From an uncultured Candidatus Poseidoniales archaeon (lineage in GTDB: Archaea > Thermoplasmatota > Poseidoniia > Poseidoniales > Thalassarchaeaceae): 64,000 nt of DNA. Numbering within the stretch: the first letter of the stretch is position 1; each line of letters starts with the position of its first letter. The notes beneath the pieces are model-generated. The model made no database searches. It worked only from the letters and a program-made list of their open reading frames with translations, and was not told the DNA's origin. The stretch covers positions 2,711 through 66,710 of the forward strand of contig CAZXZO010000001.1 of assembly GCA_964645485.1 (NCBI GenBank), given 5' to 3'. The position numbers and the translations under genes were made by a program. Below, in pieces: positions 58,414 through 64,000 of the stretch.

Positions 58414-60774
58414 ATGCGAGCCGGGCTGCGTGTAATCGCGATTTTCATTGCCCTTACACTTATCCCAATTCCAACATCATCTGCTGACAATTCAATATCA
58501 ACTGCTGCAACCCTTACTGATGGTTCAACTAGCAGTGGTTCAGTCAATGCCGATGGTGATACAACCGATTGGTGGAAAATAGAAGCCTGGACTGGTGACT
58601 CAGTGAGTCTGAGTGTAAGCACATGTTGTCACGGTACCTTCGATGGTTATGATGGCCAAATGGGTATTTACGATTCCTCTGGAAATGAATTGACATCAAC
58701 AAATTTCGCAAATGATGGAACTAGAAACATTGCCGCAACTGCAACATCCCATGACTGGTATTTTTTCCGTATCAAAGCAGTGCCAGATGGCTGGTTTTCT
58801 AGTCAATTCGATTACGATGTGACTCCGCAACTTCAAACCGGATATCGTGATACTGATGACGACGGTTTCACCGATAATAACGATGATTGTGATACCATAC
58901 CTGGTGATTCCACATCCGACAGAGATGGCTGTCCAGATACAGATGGTGATGGGTATAGTGACCCAAGTTCAGGATGGACTATTGCCCAAGGGGCAGACGC
59001 ATTTTTCCAAGATAGCACTCAATGGCATGATTCAGATGGTGATGACTTTGGAGACAACCCGGCACCGGCTTTGAATCCTGATGGTTGCCCTGATTTCTAC
59101 GGCCATTCAACCCAAGACCGCAACGGCTGCACAGATAGTGATGGTGATGGTTGGTCGGACCCAGACCCAACCTCACTCTGGTCCGATTCTCCTTGGTATG
59201 TTTCAGATGGTGCCGACGCATTTTTCCAAGATAATACTCAATGGCACGACACAGATTCAGATTCCTTCGGTGATAATTGGGCCGACATGAGTTGGGGTGC
59301 TTGGAGGGATGGAACTGGGCTAGGAGAGTATGTTGAAAATGCAACTCGGCCAGATTTTTGCCCCGCAGAATGGGGTAATTCCACAGAAGACAGATTTGGT
59401 TGCCTAGATAGCGATGGTGATGGCTGGTCAAATCCTGATATGAACTGGACTTTTGACCCAGTTTTGTGCTTGAACAATGAAACCCACTGCGCCGATGCTT
59501 TTCCAGATGACCCTACTCAATGGGCCGACAGAGATTTGGATGGATTTGGCGATAATCCGCTTGGCACAGACCCAGACGCATTCCCAGACAATCCAACTCA
59601 ATGGCTTGATTCAGATGGCGATGGTTACGGGGATAACACAGCGTCTGGGGCTTGGCAGGCTGACAATTTTTCACATGAGCCAACTCAGTGGGCTGATTTA
59701 GACGGCGATGGATACGGAGACAATCTTTCAGGTGCTGAACCTGATTCTTGTATCAATAGGATAGGAAGCAGTCATCACGACCGATATGGTTGCCCTGATT
59801 CAGATGGAGATGGCTACTCAAATGCTGATGGCAATTGGTTAGCACACCCTTCCGGCTTTGGTGACGCATTCCCTGATGAAATAACTCAATGGCATGATGT
59901 TGATGGTGATGGGTTTGGCGATAACCAAGAACTAGGAGCCTGGCAATCAGACTCTTGTGTTGCAACTTTTGGCAAATCTTACCTTGACCGATGGGGTTGT
60001 CCAGACACTGATGGTGACGGCTCTTCTGATGCCCAGCCAGAACTTGGTTGGCTAGCAAATCCATTTGGTGAAGCAGATGCCTTCATCAATGACCCAACTC
60101 AGTGGGAAGATTTTGATGGCGATGGTTTCGGTGATAACCAAGCAACAGGAGCAACAACTCCAGACCGCTGCAAAGAAACACCCGGCACAAGCAGGGAAGA
60201 CCGTCATGGTTGCACAGATTCAGACAATGATGGGTATAGTGACATGGGAGACCGTTTCCCATATGACCCTAGTCAATGGGCAGATTCTGATGGAGATGGA
60301 TTTGGAGACAACAGTTTTGGTCACCAACCAGATGCTTGTCCATTTGAGGAAGTTAGCCTTGGAGTTTCTCTAATCGATCGTTTGGGTTGCCCCGACATTG
60401 ACCGAGATGGATACTCAGATCCTGCTGATAATTGGTTAGCAAATCCAGAAGGAAAAGCAGACGCCTTCCCCAAAAACCGGTTGCAATGGTCTGACCAAGA
60501 TGGTGATGGGTATGGTGACAATTCGATGGGCACCCTCAGAGATGACTGCCCTATTGAGGCAGGCACCTCGTACATTGATTTGCAGGGTTGCCCAGATTCC
60601 AATAGTGATGGATTCAGTGACTCCTATGGTACAATAAACGCTCACATTTCGTTGATGTCTGAGAATCCATCATCCTCAATTTTCACATTCCTCCCTCCAC
60701 TAATCATTTTTGTCTTGACATTCTTGTTTGTCACGGCTTTACGTAAACAGGATGAAGGTGATATTCTTGAGTAA
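58414..60774 (+). CDS. Secreted surface protein made largely of TSP3-like Ca-binding repeats (DxDGDGYxDN), with a C-terminal TM anchor.
   Basis: Signal peptide VIAIFIALTLIPIPTSSA. More than 15 Asp-loop repeats. C-terminal FTFLPPLIIFVLTFLFVTALRKQ. Confidence 0.7.
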   Translation: MRAGLRVIAIFIALTLIPIPTSSADNSISTAATLTDGSTSSGSVNADGDTTDWWKIEAWTGDSVSLSVSTCCHGTFDGYDGQMGIYDSSGNELTSTNFANDGTRNIAATATSHDWYFFRIKAVPDGWFSSQFDYDVTPQLQTGYRDTDDDGFTDNNDDCDTIPGDSTSDRDGCPDTDGDGYSDPSSGWTIAQGADAFFQDSTQWHDSDGDDFGDNPAPALNPDGCPDFYGHSTQDRNGCTDSDGDGWSDPDPTSLWSDSPWYVSDGADAFFQDNTQWHDTDSDSFGDNWADMSWGAWRDGTGLGEYVENATRPDFCPAEWGNSTEDRFGCLDSDGDGWSNPDMNWTFDPVLCLNNETHCADAFPDDPTQWADRDLDGFGDNPLGTDPDAFPDNPTQWLDSDGDGYGDNTASGAWQADNFSHEPTQWADLDGDGYGDNLSGAEPDSCINRIGSSHHDRYGCPDSDGDGYSNADGNWLAHPSGFGDAFPDEITQWHDVDGDGFGDNQELGAWQSDSCVATFGKSYLDRWGCPDTDGDGSSDAQPELGWLANPFGEADAFINDPTQWEDFDGDGFGDNQATGATTPDRCKETPGTSREDRHGCTDSDNDGYSDMGDRFPYDPSQWADSDGDGFGDNSFGHQPDACPFEEVSLGVSLIDRLGCPDIDRDGYSDPADNWLANPEGKADAFPKNRLQWSDQDGDGYGDNSMGTLRDDCPIEAGTSYIDLQGCPDSNSDGFSDSYGTINAHISLMSENPSSSIFTFLPPLIIFVLTFLFVTALRKQDEGDILE

Positions 60775-62101
60775 ACAGTTAATTGCGTATTTGTCGCTTT
60801 TTGTACTGTTAGCACCTCTTTTCGCAACAGCAGTTTCAGGCCAAGACCCACCGCATATTGGGGTAGATAGTTCAAGAGCTGACAGGCTAGATTTAGACAA
60901 TGATGGTGATAGAGATACCATCAGAGTAGTCTATCTTCTAAACACCACTTCACACTATGCAGAGGCAGCAGTTCAAATCGATGTCGAGCATGCGGGGATG
61001 ACACTAACTTTCTGGGACAATCTCACCTTTAACCGAACAACCCCTTATTTCGGTTCTACTGATGTTCAGGCGTGGGGAGATGGTACATTCTATGTTAGAA
61101 TGAAAGTCTGGGATGCTGAGTCTAACATGATAGTTTACTCAGAAGATTTTGGTGAATATGAACTGATGGCAAGTCTAACTGCGCCTTACTTAAGATTTGA
61201 TTTAGAGGCGGCATCAACAATTTTCTTAGGCGATGATTGTGTAATTGAGAGAGTGTTCCTAGATGAGATTGGTGACCTATATGGTGCGACTGGTGTAATC
61301 TCACTAAGTGGTACACCGTGGCTTGTTCCCAGTGATCTCTCAGACATCGATTGCTCAACTTGGCCTGCTCGGGATTATCAGTTGGAGATGTTCTATCAAA
61401 ATAGCCTAGGATTCTCAACCTCAACAACAAAAGAGTTCACAATTCACTCACTGCCTCCACCCGTATTCACACTTAATGTGACAGGGAATAACGACGAAGT
61501 AGGTTCACCGTGTTCGGTGGCTATTGAGCCATCAATTGGCACTATAATGGCACTTATGGCTGTAGAGTGGGAAATTACTGACCCTCGTGGTGAGGATGTT
61601 TCTGTGCCCGGTTTTTCAACTCTTGACTGCCGTCTTTGGCAAGTCGGCTTCAGTAAGGTTAGGGTCACAGTGACTTCGCCAGAAGGACAATCCACTCGGG
61701 GGGCATTCAATCTAGTTCGCTTACCGCCGATTGGCGAAGTATCTGCTGAGGTACTAGATGCGGCAGGGCCTGAAAATATGTGGCCAGAACGTTCGTTTGG
61801 AGAAGAATATGAGCCAACACCGTTCTTTGGTGAGTCAACATTGGCGGCCCAAGGTGTTGTGCTGGTGGTTGGTCTTGGTGCGGCAATATTGTTAGGATTG
61901 TTTGGAGGAGCAATGTGGAACCGGAGAGGTGATGAAGAAATGGCATTTGGTGATGTGAATGCAATGGAATTAGAACCTGACTCAGATGGTTTGCCATCTT
62001 ACGTGGACCCTACTGGTGTTCACTGGCGACAGCATCCTGATGGCGCTGTTGATTGGTTTGACCAAGTTTCTGGTCAATGGGTACCTTATTCCGAAGTCTA
62101 A
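60728..62101 (+). CDS. Secreted surface protein with a C-terminal TM anchor and a ~70-aa tail. Its start overlaps the previous gene by at least 23 nt.
   Basis: Signal peptide LSLFVLLAPLFATAVSG. DLDNDGDRD motif. TM VVLVVGLGAAILLGLFGGAMW. Confidence 0.55.
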   Translation: MSRLYVNRMKVIFLSKQLIAYLSLFVLLAPLFATAVSGQDPPHIGVDSSRADRLDLDNDGDRDTIRVVYLLNTTSHYAEAAVQIDVEHAGMTLTFWDNLTFNRTTPYFGSTDVQAWGDGTFYVRMKVWDAESNMIVYSEDFGEYELMASLTAPYLRFDLEAASTIFLGDDCVIERVFLDEIGDLYGATGVISLSGTPWLVPSDLSDIDCSTWPARDYQLEMFYQNSLGFSTSTTKEFTIHSLPPPVFTLNVTGNNDEVGSPCSVAIEPSIGTIMALMAVEWEITDPRGEDVSVPGFSTLDCRLWQVGFSKVRVTVTSPEGQSTRGAFNLVRLPPIGEVSAEVLDAAGPENMWPERSFGEEYEPTPFFGESTLAAQGVVLVVGLGAAILLGLFGGAMWNRRGDEEMAFGDVNAMELEPDSDGLPSYVDPTGVHWRQHPDGAVDWFDQVSGQWVPYSEV

Positions 62102-62170
62102 GATTGAATCAACATAGGCGCCTTCAATCAATTGTCAGAAGAAATGGGTTAATTGTCAGGAGGTTGAAAA

Positions 62171-62638
62171 ATGGTTCAAGATTCAACACCCGATGAGGAC
62201 ATAATTGAGATGGTTCAAGATTCTCCACCCGATGAAGGCATCATTGCAGAAGTGAAATCACTTTGGAAATTCATCGGACTAGGAGCCGTTACCGCCTCTA
62301 TGTGTTGTCTACCCAGCATTGTCTGGGTTCTTTTTGCTGGTTCATCAGCAATTGTAGCAGCAGACCAATTATCGAATGATTTGTACTATGGTATTGCTCG
62401 TCCAATTGTTTACACTCTTGCAATCGGTATGGTGACTGCCGGGTTAGTAATTCATTTCCGAAGTCGTGGAATCTGTACTCTTGACCAAGCAAAGAAGGAC
62501 AGGAGACGAATAATCAATACGGCTTTGGCAGTATTAACTATCACTTTCATCGTTTATTTTATTTGGAACTTTATTATTCTAGAATTGGTTGGTCTTTATC
62601 TCGGATTACCATGGGAAGATTCAGCCATCTGGAGATGA
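62171..62638 (+). CDS. Small membrane protein with a duplicated 13-aa N-terminal motif (MVQDSTPDEDIIE / MVQDSPPDEGIIA).
   Basis: 39-bp tandem duplication at the 5' end and three TM helices. Confidence 0.4.
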   Translation: MVQDSTPDEDIIEMVQDSPPDEGIIAEVKSLWKFIGLGAVTASMCCLPSIVWVLFAGSSAIVAADQLSNDLYYGIARPIVYTLAIGMVTAGLVIHFRSRGICTLDQAKKDRRRIINTALAVLTITFIVYFIWNFIILELVGLYLGLPWEDSAIWR

Positions 62639-62655
62639 TTGGTTGTTAACAAATC

Positions 62656-63285
62656 TCATTTATTGTTCGTGAGAAGAATAAGTGAATCACCAGAATGAAC
62701 CTCAATATGGAGGGTGCCTTTGGATTGATTGGAAAGTCCCTTAGTTGAAAAGGTCACATTTTCATTTTCTAGATTCCATTCTGCGCCAGTCAAGGTGACG
62801 ACAGATTGACCAAAACTGAACAGTGAAAATGTGCCAGAAAAATTTCGTTCATGATTTTGGTTTGCGCTAATTCTAGTCAATGTTGTATCCCCAAGAATTG
62901 CTTGGATATTCAGGTTGGCTGGAGCATCAGAAATAGAAGCAAGACTACCAAGTTGGTGGTCAATTCTTCCACCATCTATTCCAGAGATTTGAATTTGGTG
63001 AAATTGCCGCTCAGTGCAGAGGTTAAGTGCCTTAGAAAGGTCACTTGAATCCTGTTCTTCTATGCGTATTATTTCAGCCCCAATTTCACGCCCCCAAACG
63101 ATGTCAGATTCAGTTGCCGAATCTAGGTCACCAACAATGATATCAGGCACTATATTCAAGCGTCTCAAATGCCGGACACCGCCGTCAACAGCAATCACTA
63201 TTGAGGCCAAATCACAGGCTGTTGTTAATGTGGAATCCTCGCCAACTTCGCCTGCCGCTACCAGCAGAGTTACATCTTGTTCCAC
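62656..63285 (-). CDS. Thiamine pyrophosphokinase.
   Basis: VIAVDGG...PDIIVGDLDS...SDLSKAL...GIDGGRIDHQLGSL match TPK catalytic and thiamin-binding motifs. Confidence 0.7.
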   Translation of the reverse strand: MEQDVTLLVAAGEVGEDSTLTTACDLASIVIAVDGGVRHLRRLNIVPDIIVGDLDSATESDIVWGREIGAEIIRIEEQDSSDLSKALNLCTERQFHQIQISGIDGGRIDHQLGSLASISDAPANLNIQAILGDTTLTRISANQNHERNFSGTFSLFSFGQSVVTLTGAEWNLENENVTFSTKGLSNQSKGTLHIEVHSGDSLILLTNNK

Positions 63286-63383
63286 GATTGTCCTAGTGGC
63301 TGCTAACTTATTCGTTTTACTAGTCTAATGGATTCCACATTCATTGACTACCCTTTTACAGGAACGATGTTTCCATCGGCCCC

Positions 63384-64000
63384 ATGGGGGCCGAACGAGT
63401 AGCAAGCAGAGAGTTGTTGCTTCCTTCAGCATTGATAATTTTGATGTTACTTTCAGTAATGACTCCAATCGTTTCTTTCTCTCCTAATGATGAAACTCTA
63501 GATGAAAACCAAGTGATTGCACCTAGCACTTCATTTTCTAATGGCAGTGGCGAGCAATTTGCTGGTAATACTTTGATTATCAATGCCACAGATTGGGTGG
63601 TTGACTCAACACGAGGGATGGATGTTTGGCAAACCACTGCCTTAAACACCTCACTTACATTTGATGAAATAAAGCTCTCAAGAGATGATAGGGGCAGGGC
63701 TAGAGGATGTTTACATCAGGACACTGGGGGTGTTTGGATTGCTACTCTCGAATTTGGGGGCGCCACGACACTTACTCAAATTGAGGCTGGAGATGAAGAA
63801 CTTGGTAAAAAATGTTCAATCATTCTCGATGAGCGTGAACTGATCCATATTGCTTATACAAATGAGTCCGGATTCCTTAGGGTTGCATATCAAAGAGCGA
63901 GTGGATTATGGAACATGAGGACAATTGAAAATGAAACCCAAGTCGCAAAAATTACCCTACTTCTTGATTCAGAAGGTGCTGAAAATGTGCTCTGGCTAGA
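63384..64000 (+). CDS. 3'-partial gene for a secreted/exported protein. It runs off the window end and is not in the ORF track.
   Basis: A manual frame-0 read from ATG 63384 gives MGAERVASRELLLPSALIILMLLSVMTPIVSFSPND... (signal/TM) and stays open to base 64000, with N-x-S/T sequons. Confidence 0.45.
   Translation, partial: MGAERVASRELLLPSALIILMLLSVMTPIVSFSPNDETLDENQVIAPSTSFSNGSGEQFAGNTLIINATDWVVDSTRGMDVWQTTALNTSLTFDEIKLSRDDRGRARGCLHQDTGGVWIATLEFGGATTLTQIEAGDEELGKKCSIILDERELIHIAYTNESGFLRVAYQRASGLWNMRTIENETQVAKITLLLDSEGAENVLWL

Noticed and set aside
58833-60602. Several 60-150-aa ORFs on both strands inside 58414..60774
   Set aside because: Alternative-frame and antisense readings of the highly repetitive GAT/GGT-rich repeat DNA. 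The main frame encodes coherent DxDGDG repeats.
62851-63328. Two + strand ORFs (62851..63048, 63014..63328)
   Set aside because: Antisense within the thiamine pyrophosphokinase gene, which has clear catalytic motifs.
63356-63649. 97-aa - strand ORF
   Set aside because: Antisense to the manually identified + strand secreted-protein gene that remains open to the window end. No motif.
1-64000. tRNA/rRNA genes and PGF-CTERM/archaeosortase signals
   Set aside because: No cloverleaf-compatible GTTCRANYC T-loop segments were found outside coding frames and there are no rRNA-like stretches. The C-termini of the surface proteins have a TM plus basic tail but lack the PGF tripeptide.

Overview
This is a 64-kb stretch of an archaeal-type, halophile-like chromosome. 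Proteins are markedly acidic (D/E-rich), and the archaeal markers include a Taw1/Tyw1 radical-SAM wyosine enzyme, a Trm5/Taw2-family tRNA methyltransferase, stand-alone RAM-domain proteins and a fused HADH-ECH with the archaeal domain order. The composition would fit a nanohaloarchaeal/DPANN-like or other halophilic archaeon, but that assignment is tentative. Coding density is high. No rRNA, tRNA or CRISPR arrays were recognised.

The dominant theme is a cell-surface island. At least nine large secreted type-I membrane proteins (one longer than 2000 aa, one 1602 aa) carry Asp-rich thrombospondin-type-3-like Ca-binding repeats, SBBP beta-propeller, beta-helix or PKD-like modules, C-terminal TM anchors and cytoplasmic tails. 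They sit among five glycosyltransferases (GT4 x3, GT2 DPM1-like) plus secreted hydrolases: a HEIGH metallopeptidase, an S15 peptidase, a PLC-like phosphodiesterase and an alpha/beta hydrolase.

Housekeeping and accessory genes are interspersed: uvrC, orn, pirin, an MMPL/RND exporter, MFS, thiamine pyrophosphokinase, a VapBC toxin-antitoxin pair, an AtuA-like DUF1446/DUF4387 pair, a JAMM protease, a CheY-like receiver and a wHTH-NB-ARC-TPR STAND NTPase.

The most notable structural signals are:
- Two ~197-bp direct repeats at ~95% identity bracket a lower-GC 4.9-kb two-gene cassette. This duplicates the 3' end of a cupin gene and leaves a decaying fragment.
- Near-perfect 117-bp in-frame tandem repeats sit in a surface-protein gene.
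- A ~37-bp x 5-6 tandem array lies in a promoter/3'-end region.
- The last ~50 bp of taw1 is duplicated in tandem.
- Several repeat-bearing intergenic regions are possible ncRNA or regulatory elements.
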